Below, piece after piece: positions 1 to 7,757 of a stretch of 56,739 nucleotides of DNA (position 1 is its first letter; each line of letters starts with the position of its first letter). This DNA is from a candidate division WOR-3 bacterium (GTDB lineage: Bacteria > Hydrothermota > Tepidihabitantia > Tepidihabitantales > Tepidihabitantaceae), in assembly GCA_965648935.1 (NCBI GenBank), contig CBFGIY010000005.1, positions 1-56,739 on the forward strand, written 5' to 3'. The notes under the pieces are model-generated. The model was not told where the DNA came from, did no database searches, and saw only the letters and a list, made by a program, of their open reading frames with translations. The position numbers and the translations under genes were made by a program.

Positions 1-1461
1 AACCGGCGGCGCGGCCGGCCGGGCCGGCTCAGCCTTGGCCGGGTCGGGCTTGCCCGGCGACTTGGCCTCGGCTGCGGCCTCGGCCGCCCTGGGGTTCTTG
101 CGCCACTGGAAGAACTTCAGCGCGACCTCCGGGAAGATCGCGTAGGAGATGTAGTCCTCGTCATGCTGCACCAGGTCGCGGGCCAGCTCCTTGCGCACCC
201 TGGGCATCATCGGCTCCAGCAGGTCCGCAGGCCGGCCCTTGATCGGCTTTTCGTCGCCGAGAATCTTCAGGGCCAGCGACTCGCGGATCGGCGCAGGCGA
301 ACGGCCGTACAACCCCTTGACATAGTCCTTGACTTCCCTGGGCACGAGCTTGTAGCGCTCGCCGGCAAGCACGTTCATCACCGACTGCACGCCCACAATC
401 TGGCTCGTCGGGGTCACCAGCGGCGGGTAGCCGAGGTCCTCGCGCACGCGCGGCACCTCCTCGAGCACCTCGGGCAGGCGCTTCTCGGCCTTCTGCTCGC
501 GCAACTGCGAAAGCAGGTTCGAGGCCATCCCGCCCGGTATCTGGTGAATGATGACCATCGAATCGACGACCTTGGGCAGCGGCGCGCAGTAATTGACCGC
601 AACCTCCTCGAAGTGCTTCTCGACCTTCTCCATCTCGGCGAGGTCGAGCTTCGGGTCGCGCTCCTGGCCCGCGAAACACGCCGCCATCGTTTCGCCCGCA
701 GGCTGCGAAGTCATGAACGCGAGAGGCGCGGCCGCGGTGTCGATGATATCGCAGCCGGCTTCGGCCGCCTTCAGGTAGGCCGCGACCGCCATACCGCTCG
801 ATGCGTGACAATGGACCTGCACCGGCAGGCCGATGCGCTCCTTCAGGGCCGACACAAGCTCGAACGCGCTGCCCGGCGAAAGTATCCCGGCCATATCCTT
901 GATACAGATGGAATCCACGCCCATGTCCTTCTGCTCCCGGGCCCGCTCAAGGTAATACTCGAGCGTGTGCACCGGGCTGATGGCGTAGCAGAGCGTGCCC
1001 TGGGCGTGCTTGCCGTTCTTCTTCACGCAGGCCACGGCGTGCTCGAGGTTGCGCGGGTCATTGAGCGCGTCGAATACGCGATAGATGTCCAGCCCGCGCT
1101 CGGCCGACTTCGCGACAAACTCCTCCAGCACGTCATCCGGGTAGTTGCGATACCCGACCACGTTCTGACCGCGCAAGAGCATCTGCAGCTTGGTGTTCTT
1201 GACCCGGGCACGGATCGCGCTGAGCCGCTCCCAGGGGTCCTCGTTCAGGTATCTCAGGCAGACATCGAATGTCGCCCCGCCCCACATCTCCAGGGACCAG
1301 TACCCGACCCGGTCGATGTGCTCGAGCACGGGCAACATATCATCAAGCTTCATCCGCGTCGCCCACAGCGACTGATGGGCATCGCGGAGCGTCGTGTCGG
1401 TGAAGCGAATCGGCACCGGCTCAGCCGCGGCGACCGGCTTCCTGGTCTGCTTTGATTCCAT
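1..1461 (-). CDS. Pyruvate carboxylase subunit B / oxaloacetate decarboxylase alpha / carboxytransferase 5S-like protein (runs off the window start)
   Basis: Not in the ORF track because it has no stop in the window. Read by hand from ATG at 1461: MESKQTRKPVAAAEPVPIRFTDTTLRDAHQSLWATRMK, containing the DxTLRDAHQS carboxyltransferase motif. The C-terminal part reads DEDYISYAIFPEVALKFF followed by an Ala/Pro linker. AGGAG lies upstream. Confidence 0.9.
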   Translation of the reverse strand, partial: MESKQTRKPVAAAEPVPIRFTDTTLRDAHQSLWATRMKLDDMLPVLEHIDRVGYWSLEMWGGATFDVCLRYLNEDPWERLSAIRARVKNTKLQMLLRGQNVVGYRNYPDDVLEEFVAKSAERGLDIYRVFDALNDPRNLEHAVACVKKNGKHAQGTLCYAISPVHTLEYYLERAREQKDMGVDSICIKDMAGILSPGSAFELVSALKERIGLPVQVHCHASSGMAVAAYLKAAEAGCDIIDTAAAPLAFMTSQPAGETMAACFAGQERDPKLDLAEMEKVEKHFEEVAVNYCAPLPKVVDSMVIIHQIPGGMASNLLSQLREQKAEKRLPEVLEEVPRVREDLGYPPLVTPTSQIVGVQSVMNVLAGERYKLVPREVKDYVKGLYGRSPAPIRESLALKILGDEKPIKGRPADLLEPMMPRVRKELARDLVQHDEDYISYAIFPEVALKFFQWRKNPRAAEAAAEAKSPGKPDPAKAEPARPAAPPV

Positions 1462-2824
1462 AATGCTTTCTAATCTCCTGACTTACGGCTTCCATCGCAA
1501 TCGCTCGCGAACCTTTGACTAGGATTGTATCCCCTGACCTGATGATGTCAAACAGCGCCCCGGCTGCCTGCCGGCTGTCTGCGAACCGCCACAGCCGCTT
1601 AGGGTCTAGGCCGGCCTTCAGGGCCCCCTGCACTAAGTGTTCGACCTCGCGCCCGACCACGACCAAGCGGTCCGCGATGCCGGCAAGCTCCCGCCCCAGC
1701 GCCTCGTGCAGCATTGCGGACTGCTCGCCGAGTTCGAGCATATCGCCGAGGAAGACAACCCGCTGCGCCCTGGGTGCTGCCTGAACAAGCACGCCCAGCG
1801 CCGCGCGCACCGACTGCGGATTGGCGTTGTAGCAGTCCTCGACAAGCACCACTCGATCGAGCCGCTCCACCCGCAGCCGCATCGCCGGCGGCGCGAAACT
1901 CTCAAGCGCCCCAGCCATATCGTCCCAGCCCAACCCCAGAACCGATGCCGCAGCGCACGCGGCCAGCGCGTTACGGACATTGTGCCGGCCCGGCACAGGC
2001 AGCCGCACCGCGTACTCGCCCATCAGCCTGAACTCCACACCACCCAGACCATACTCCCGAATATCGCTTCCAAACACGTCACTCCTGACATCAATACCGA
2101 ACGTGAGCCTTTTCAGACCTGGGAATCTCCGGCCAATATCCATTACCAGATGGTCATCGGCATTCAATACAGCCGTGCCGCCCGGCCCCAGTACGGCGAG
2201 CAATTCAGCCTTCTCTTCGGCAACGCCGGCACGGTTCTTCATCGATTCGAGGTGAGTGTCACCGATGTTGGTGATGATACCAACCTCGGGAGCGCAGATG
2301 CGGGCCAGCCGGTCGGTCCCGCCCAGTTCGTTCATCTCTATCTCGAACACGGCCGCTTGGGTCCCGCGCTCCAGCCTCAGCACGGTCAGTGGCAGGCCCA
2401 CATCGTTGTTGTAGCTGCCCTGCGGTACGAGAACCCGCCAGCGCGTGCCCAGAATCGAGCCAAGCATCTCCTTGGTCGTGGTCTTGCCGTTCGAGCCGGT
2501 GATGGCGACCGCGCGCACCGGCGTCAGCCTCCGATACCACGCGGCGACGCGCCCCAGCGCGCGGGTCGTATCGTCCACGACCACGACCGCGCCCTCTGCC
2601 CCGGCCCGTGCCGCATCGTCCACCACGACGCCGCACGCCCCGGCCCCGACTGCCTGCACGCAGAACTCGTGTCCGTCCAGCCGCTTGCCGCGCAGGGCGA
2701 AGTACAGCTCGCCCGGCCTGATCGTGCGCGTGTCGATGGACACGCCCGGCACCGCGCGGTCTGCGCCGCGCACCAGTCTGCCGCCGCTCGCGGCAACCAG
2801 GTCAGACAGACGCTGTGTTTCCAT
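1421..2824 (-). CDS. murF: UDP-N-acetylmuramoyl-tripeptide--D-Ala-D-Ala ligase
   Basis: Motifs ITGSNGKTTTKE, NNDVGLPLT, DCYNANPQS, GDMLELG and LVKGSR. Confidence 0.95.
   Translation of the reverse strand: METQRLSDLVAASGGRLVRGADRAVPGVSIDTRTIRPGELYFALRGKRLDGHEFCVQAVGAGACGVVVDDAARAGAEGAVVVVDDTTRALGRVAAWYRRLTPVRAVAITGSNGKTTTKEMLGSILGTRWRVLVPQGSYNNDVGLPLTVLRLERGTQAAVFEIEMNELGGTDRLARICAPEVGIITNIGDTHLESMKNRAGVAEEKAELLAVLGPGGTAVLNADDHLVMDIGRRFPGLKRLTFGIDVRSDVFGSDIREYGLGGVEFRLMGEYAVRLPVPGRHNVRNALAACAAASVLGLGWDDMAGALESFAPPAMRLRVERLDRVVLVEDCYNANPQSVRAALGVLVQAAPRAQRVVFLGDMLELGEQSAMLHEALGRELAGIADRLVVVGREVEHLVQGALKAGLDPKRLWRFADSRQAAGALFDIIRSGDTILVKGSRAIAMEAVSQEIRKHYGIKADQEAGRRG
1524..1551 (-). promoter_or_regulatory. 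Sigma70-type promoter inside the murF 3' end, driving the oadA/pycB-like gene
   Basis: TTGACA-N16-TACAAT on the minus strand, about 60 nt upstream of ATG 1461. Confidence 0.7.
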
Positions 2825-2831
2825 CGTTACA

Positions 2832-3857
2832 CTACACTATCAGCATCGCATCGCCGAAGGAGTAGAACCGGTACCGCTGCTCTATCGCGTGCCGGTATGC
2901 CCGCATTATCGCCTCGCGCCCGGCCAGGGCCGAAACCAGCATCAGCAGAGTCGAGCGCGGCAGGTGAAAGTTCGTCAGCAGCGCCGCGCACACCTTCCAC
3001 TCATAGCCGGGATAGATGTAGAGATTCAGCTCGCCTGCGCCGGGCTCCACCCTGCGCCCGCCAGCGTCTGCTGACCGCGCCTGGCCTTCAAGCACTCGCA
3101 CAGTCGTCGTCCCGACGCACACGACCCGCCGCCCCTCGCGCAGCGCCCGGTTGACCTGCGCGGCTGCGGCCTCGTTCAGCTCGAACCGCTCCGCGTGCAT
3201 CGTGTGTTCCTCGACCCGCTCGGCCGCGACCGGCCGAAAAGTGCCCAGCCCGGCGTGTAGCGTGACGATAGCCGTCTCGACACCCGAAGCGCGCAGCCGG
3301 TCGAGCACCTCGGGCGTGAAGTGCAGGCCTGCGGTCGGCGCTGCGACTGCCCCCGGCTTCGCGGCGTACACGGTCTGGTAGCGGCCCGGGTCCGCGCACT
3401 TTCGTCTGATGTAGGGCGGCAGGGCCAGCTCGCCGCACGACTCAAGCAGCGCATCGACGCCCTCCGGCGAGAACCGCACGATGCGCATCCCGTCGTCCCG
3501 GCGCTCCAGGACCTCGGCGCGGTGCGTACCGAAGTCGAGCACGGTGCCGACCCGGGCCTTTCGCGCCGGCCGGGCCAGTGCTTCCCACCGGCCCTCGCCC
3601 AGGTCTGTGAGCAGCAGAAGCTCCGCCCTGCCCCCGGTCGGCAGCTTGCCGAAGACTCGCGCCTGCCTGACCTTCGTGTCGTTGAGCACCAGCAAGTCGC
3701 CCGGCTTCAGCCACTGCCCGATGTCGGCGAACTTCGCGTCGGTCAGCGACCCGTCCCTGCGGTCCAGCACGAGCATCCGCGACGCGTCGCGCTCACCCAG
3801 CGGCTGCTGGGCAACCAACTCCTGCGGCAGCTCGTAGTCGAAGTCAGCGACCAGCAC
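2832..3857 (-). CDS. queA: S-adenosylmethionine:tRNA ribosyltransferase-isomerase
   Basis: Motifs FDYELP, YQTVYA, AAPTAGLHFT, NFHLPRSTLL and YRFYSFGDAM. Confidence 0.97.
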   Translation of the reverse strand: MLVADFDYELPQELVAQQPLGERDASRMLVLDRRDGSLTDAKFADIGQWLKPGDLLVLNDTKVRQARVFGKLPTGGRAELLLLTDLGEGRWEALARPARKARVGTVLDFGTHRAEVLERRDDGMRIVRFSPEGVDALLESCGELALPPYIRRKCADPGRYQTVYAAKPGAVAAPTAGLHFTPEVLDRLRASGVETAIVTLHAGLGTFRPVAAERVEEHTMHAERFELNEAAAAQVNRALREGRRVVCVGTTTVRVLEGQARSADAGGRRVEPGAGELNLYIYPGYEWKVCAALLTNFHLPRSTLLMLVSALAGREAIMRAYRHAIEQRYRFYSFGDAMLIV

Positions 3858-3881
3858 TCAGCGCCTTGTCCTCAGTCCGGT

Positions 3882-3909
3882 TTCGTCATTCGTCATTCGA
3901 GCTTCGAGT
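3882..3909 (+). repeat. Degenerate heptamer tandem repeat (4 units)
   Basis: TTCGTCA TTCGTCA TTCGAGC TTCGAGT between purC and queA. Confidence 0.7.
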
Positions 3910-3923
3910 TTGTCTGCGGGCAG

Positions 3924-4808
3924 CTACGCCAGCTCTTTGCCCGTGATGATGCGGTACGCCTCACGATAGCGCGCCGACGTGCCGGCGATGACCTCGGCCG
4001 GCAGGTTCGGCGCGGGCGGCGTCTTGTTCCAGCCGCTGGCCAGCAGCCAGTCGCGCACGAACTGCTTGTCGAAGCTCGGCGGCGACATCCCGGGCTGGTA
4101 GTCCTTCACCGACCAGAACCGCGACGAATCCGGGGTCAGCGCCTCATCGATGAGAATCACCTCGTCGTCGAGAACGCCGAACTCGAACTTCGTGTCGGCG
4201 ATGATGATGCCGCGCTCAAGCGCATACGCTGCGGCTTGCTTGTAGATGTCGATTGCGACCGACTTGACGAATGCGGTGCGCGCCCCGCCCACCAGCTCCA
4301 CCATCCGCGACTCGGGAATGTTCTCGTCGTGGCCGGTCGTCGCCTTGGTCGCGGGCGTGAAGATGGGTTGGGGCAGCTTGTCGGCCTGGCGCAGTCCTTG
4401 GGGCAATTCCACGCCGCAGACCTTGCCGCTCTCGCGGTACTCGTTCCAGCCCGAACCGGCAAGATACCCGCGCACCACGCACTCCACCGGCAGCGGTTTG
4501 GCCTTGCGCACCAGCATCGACCGACCCTGCAGCATCGCGCGATAGGGCGTCAGCTCGGCCGGGTACTCAGCCGGGGCAACGCTCACCATATGGTTGGCGA
4601 CGAGGCCCCGGAATCGCTCGAACCAGAACGCGGAAAGCTGTGTCAGCACCTTGCCCTTGTCCGGAATCGGGTCGGGCAACACGACGTCGAACGCCGACAA
4701 CCGGTCCGTGCACACTATCAGCAGGTGCTCGCCGACCTCGAAGATGTCGCGCACTTTGCCCTGTGCGACCCGCCTCACGCCGCCCAATTCAGCCTGCATC
4801 AAAGTCAT
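3924..4808 (-). CDS. purC: Phosphoribosylaminoimidazole-succinocarboxamide (SAICAR) synthase
   Basis: Motifs GKVRDIF, DRLSAFD, ECVVRGYLAGSGW, ADTKFEFG and TPDSSRFW. Start trimmed to ATG 4808, which follows GGAGGAG. Confidence 0.95.
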   Translation of the reverse strand: MTLMQAELGGVRRVAQGKVRDIFEVGEHLLIVCTDRLSAFDVVLPDPIPDKGKVLTQLSAFWFERFRGLVANHMVSVAPAEYPAELTPYRAMLQGRSMLVRKAKPLPVECVVRGYLAGSGWNEYRESGKVCGVELPQGLRQADKLPQPIFTPATKATTGHDENIPESRMVELVGGARTAFVKSVAIDIYKQAAAYALERGIIIADTKFEFGVLDDEVILIDEALTPDSSRFWSVKDYQPGMSPPSFDKQFVRDWLLASGWNKTPPAPNLPAEVIAGTSARYREAYRIITGKELA

Positions 4809-4843
4809 CTGATCTCCTCCGGCTTCCCGATTCGGCCTCTGCC

Positions 4844-5350
4844 CTACTCGCTCGGCTTGAGCGCCTTCGACTTCCGCTCCACTTCCCTGGCCATCTTCAC
4901 CCTGTGTGCCGCGAGCTTCTTTGCCAGAGCCGGGTCGGAAAGAGCCAGCATCTGCACGGCCAGCAGCCCGGCATTCACCGCGCCGGCCTTGCCCACGGCC
5001 ACGCACGCCACCGGGATGCCTCCCGGCATCTGCACGGTCGAAAGCAGCGCGTCCAGTCCGTTCATGCCGCCGTCCAGCGGCACGCCGATGACCGGCAAGG
5101 TCGTGTTGCTCGCCACGGCCCCGGCCAGATGCGCGGCCTTGCCCGCGCCGGCGATGATGACCTTGATGCCGCGCCCGGCCGCCGCGCGCACGAACGCGCG
5201 GCACCGGTCCGGTGTCCGGTGCGCCGAAATCACCTGCGCCTCGTTGGCAATGCCGAAGCTGTCCAGCACACGCACCGCCTCGCTCATCACCGGCCAGTCC
5301 GAATCACTGCCCATCAGCACTGCAACCTGGGAAACGGTTTTCTGCCTCAT
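4844..5350 (-). CDS. purE: N5-CAIR mutase / AIR carboxylase PurE
   Basis: Motifs MGSDSD, SAHRTP, AGAGKAAHLAG and STVQMPGGIPVA. Start trimmed to ATG 5350. Confidence 0.95.
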   Translation of the reverse strand: MRQKTVSQVAVLMGSDSDWPVMSEAVRVLDSFGIANEAQVISAHRTPDRCRAFVRAAAGRGIKVIIAGAGKAAHLAGAVASNTTLPVIGVPLDGGMNGLDALLSTVQMPGGIPVACVAVGKAGAVNAGLLAVQMLALSDPALAKKLAAHRVKMAREVERKSKALKPSE

Positions 5351-5355
5351 ACGCC

Positions 5356-5383
5356 ATTCTAGGATTCGGGTCAGGCTTGTAAA
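5356..5383 (-). promoter_or_regulatory. Sigma70-type promoter for purE, likely leaderless
   Basis: TTTACA-N16-TAGAAT, ending 5 nt before the ATG; no SD. Confidence 0.6.
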
Positions 5384-5698
5384 GCAAAGTCCGGCTGTGA
5401 TGGTGAAGAAACTGAAACGAGATGTGCTGACAGGAGCCGGCGCAGTGCTGCGGCAAATGAGGGCAACAGGACCGAAACGGGCACGGCGAATCGTGCCGGG
5501 AACGACGCGGGCAGAGGACAGTGAGCATCTCGCGCGGCGCGGACGCTGGCCTGCGAGAAGGCAGTGCAGAATGACAAGCACCCCCACGACAAGGGACTCC
5601 CACATCGGCTTCGGAGTGACGCCGCTGCGCGGAAGCGCCAGACCCCAACGCCCGGCATCCAGCGCCCGGCGTCTGTATGGCGGCCGCCGGGTCGCCGG

Positions 5699-6349
5699 TC
5701 AGCGTATCTTGCGGGCGATGCGCCGGGCGCGGTTGAACTGCTCTTCGTAGCCTTCGCCCGACAGCGCACCGGCCGCATCAGCGTCAATCTCCCGGTCCGT
5801 ATCGACGAGCCTGGCCACCGCTTCAAGTCCCCGGCTGTCGCCAATCTTGCGCAGGGCAAAGGCCGCGGCGCGCCGGACCGTCTGCTCCCGGTCGCCGAGC
5901 AGGCGGATGAGCCCGTCAATGGCGTTGGCCGAGCCGATGCGGCCGAGGGCGTGGGCCGCGCCGGCGCGCACCTCGGGCCGGACCGAGCGCAACAGCCGCA
6001 CCAGCGGTTCAACCGAGCCCGCGCCCAGCCCGACGAGCGAGTTCTGGGCCGCGGCCCCGGCCTTCTCGTCTTGTTCACGGCCGTAGAACTCGGCCAGCGG
6101 CTCGATTGCCCGGCTGTCGCCCAGCGGCCCGAGCGCGCGGGCCGCTGTCCGGCGAACGTCGGTCACGCTGTCCATCAGCAGTTCGACGATCAGCGGTACC
6201 GCGACCGTGTCCTGTTCGACCGCAAGCGCCTCAATCGCCGCGATGCGCTTCTGCGGGTCGGGGTCTTTGAGCTGCGCGCGCAGTCGCGCAAGATTCGGGC
6301 CGCAGCCAATCAGGACGCAAGCAAGCAGCGGGATGAGCGTGTTACGCAT
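5699..6349 (-). CDS. HEAT/PBS-lyase repeat lipoprotein
   Basis: Lipobox-like LIGC signal; repeated VRxxAAxALGxIG units. Confidence 0.85.
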   Translation of the reverse strand: MRNTLIPLLACVLIGCGPNLARLRAQLKDPDPQKRIAAIEALAVEQDTVAVPLIVELLMDSVTDVRRTAARALGPLGDSRAIEPLAEFYGREQDEKAGAAAQNSLVGLGAGSVEPLVRLLRSVRPEVRAGAAHALGRIGSANAIDGLIRLLGDREQTVRRAAAFALRKIGDSRGLEAVARLVDTDREIDADAAGALSGEGYEEQFNRARRIARKIR

Positions 6350-6413
6350 GGTGTGATTTAACCGTCCGGCGCGCGGCCAGTCAATGCCCTCCTGCCTGCC
6401 GGTCCACCGGCGG

Positions 6414-6441
6414 TTGACCCGGTGCCGCGCCGGCCTACACT
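6414..6441 (+). promoter_or_regulatory. Sigma70-type promoter for the MFS gene, likely leaderless
   Basis: TTGACC-N16-TACACT, with in-frame GTGs at 6446 and 6449. Confidence 0.65.
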
Positions 6442-6448
6442 GACGGTG

Positions 6449-7591
6449 GTGTTCAACGTCATCGTCACCGGCATCACCAGCCTGCTCACCGACCTCTCGA
6501 CCGAGATGGTGTACCCGCTCATCCCGCTCTATCTTGCGGTGCTGGGCGCGCCGCCCGCAATCCTCGGCGTCATAGAGGGGCTTGCCGAAAGCACGGCATC
6601 CCTGCTGAGAGTGTTCTCGGGACGGTTGTCTGACAGGCTGGGCCGGCGCAAACCCCTGGCCATTCTCGGGTACGCCGGGTCAGCTCTGGGCAAGTTGCTT
6701 CTGTACCTCTCCTCATCCTGGGGCCTGGTGTTTGCCGGCCGGATGGTTGACCGCATCGGCAAGGGAGTGCGTGTCGCCCCGCGCGACGCTATCATCGCCG
6801 ACTGCTCGGCGCCGGGCCGGCGGGGCAGCGCGTTCGGCCTGCACCGCGCGCTGGACACTCTCGGCGCCGCAGCCGGGGTCGTGGTCGCGATGCTGCTGGT
6901 CGCCGCGCTGGGCGGCGAGCCGGGCCGCGCCGGGTTTCAGCGCATCTTCCTCATATCGCTCATCCCGGCCGCGCTCGGCGCGGCGGCGCTCTTCCTCGTG
7001 CGCGAGCCTGCCGCGTCCTGCACGGGCCGCGACCTGCCCCGGCTGTCGTGGCGCGGCCTGCCCGGCCGTTTGCGCTGGTTCCTTCTGGTAGTCGGCCTGT
7101 TCGCGCTGGGCAATTCCTCCAACGCGTTCCTGCTGCTGCGCGCGCGCAACCTCGGGTTCACCGTGCTGGCCGCGCTCGGCGCTTACCTGGTGTACAACCT
7201 TGCCTATGCGCTGCTGTCGTGGCCCTTCGGCCGCCTGGCCGACCGAATCGGCCGCAAGCGCCTGCTCGTGGCCGGTTACGCGCTGTACGGACTGGTGTAC
7301 TTCGGCTTCGCGCTGGCCGGCCGGCCCTGGGCCGTGTGGCTGCTGTTCGGGCTGTACGGCGTGTACTCGGCGCTGACCGAAGGTCTGGAACCGGCCGGGG
7401 GCGCGGCCCGGCCCCCGGCCGAGCACCGCGCCACCTTCATCGGCCTGCACTCGACCCTGGTCGGCATCGGCCTGCTGCCCGCCTCGCTGCTCGCGGGCGC
7501 GCTGTGGAGCCTCGCCGGCCCGACCGCGCCGTTCTGGTTCGGCGGCGCGCTCGGACTGCTGGCCGCGCTCGGGCTTGCCCTGGCGCTCTGA
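6449..7591 (+). CDS. MFS transporter
   Basis: Motifs SLLTDLSTEMVYP, GRLSDRLGRRK and DRIGKGVRVAPRDA; about 12 hydrophobic segments. Start moved from 6422 to GTG 6449 because the promoter overlaps the longer ORF. Confidence 0.9.
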   Translation: MFNVIVTGITSLLTDLSTEMVYPLIPLYLAVLGAPPAILGVIEGLAESTASLLRVFSGRLSDRLGRRKPLAILGYAGSALGKLLLYLSSSWGLVFAGRMVDRIGKGVRVAPRDAIIADCSAPGRRGSAFGLHRALDTLGAAAGVVVAMLLVAALGGEPGRAGFQRIFLISLIPAALGAAALFLVREPAASCTGRDLPRLSWRGLPGRLRWFLLVVGLFALGNSSNAFLLLRARNLGFTVLAALGAYLVYNLAYALLSWPFGRLADRIGRKRLLVAGYALYGLVYFGFALAGRPWAVWLLFGLYGVYSALTEGLEPAGGAARPPAEHRATFIGLHSTLVGIGLLPASLLAGALWSLAGPTAPFWFGGALGLLAALGLALAL

Positions 7592-7598
7592 CCTCATC

Positions 7599-7626
7599 TT
7601 GACAAGCCTCCCCCCGGGCCGATAAT
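7599..7626 (+). promoter_or_regulatory. Sigma70-type promoter for the ktrB-ktrA operon
   Basis: TTGACA-N16-GATAAT. Confidence 0.6.
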
Positions 7627-7757
7627 TGAATGCAACACTATGGACATAGTCGTCCTGCTGGCCGCATAACTCCCCGCACATATGAGATTTGAGCCGGGTC
7701 TGCTCGATGCTGCCCGATTGACCGCGGGCAACCCTTGCCCAGGCGCAGGCTAGACCG

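Noticed and set aside
163-1455. 430-aa plus-strand ORF
   Set aside because: It is antisense to the real carboxyltransferase gene, which the ORF track missed because that gene has no stop in the window.
3321-5750. 809-aa plus-strand ORF and similar long shadows (13342-15549, 14981-16855, 27270-28880)
   Set aside because: They overlap well-supported minus-strand genes and carry no recognisable motifs; stop codons are scarce at high GC.
7640-7669. Peptide ending LAA* resembling a tmRNA tag
   Set aside because: There are no tmRNA tRNA-like ends and the available space is far too short.
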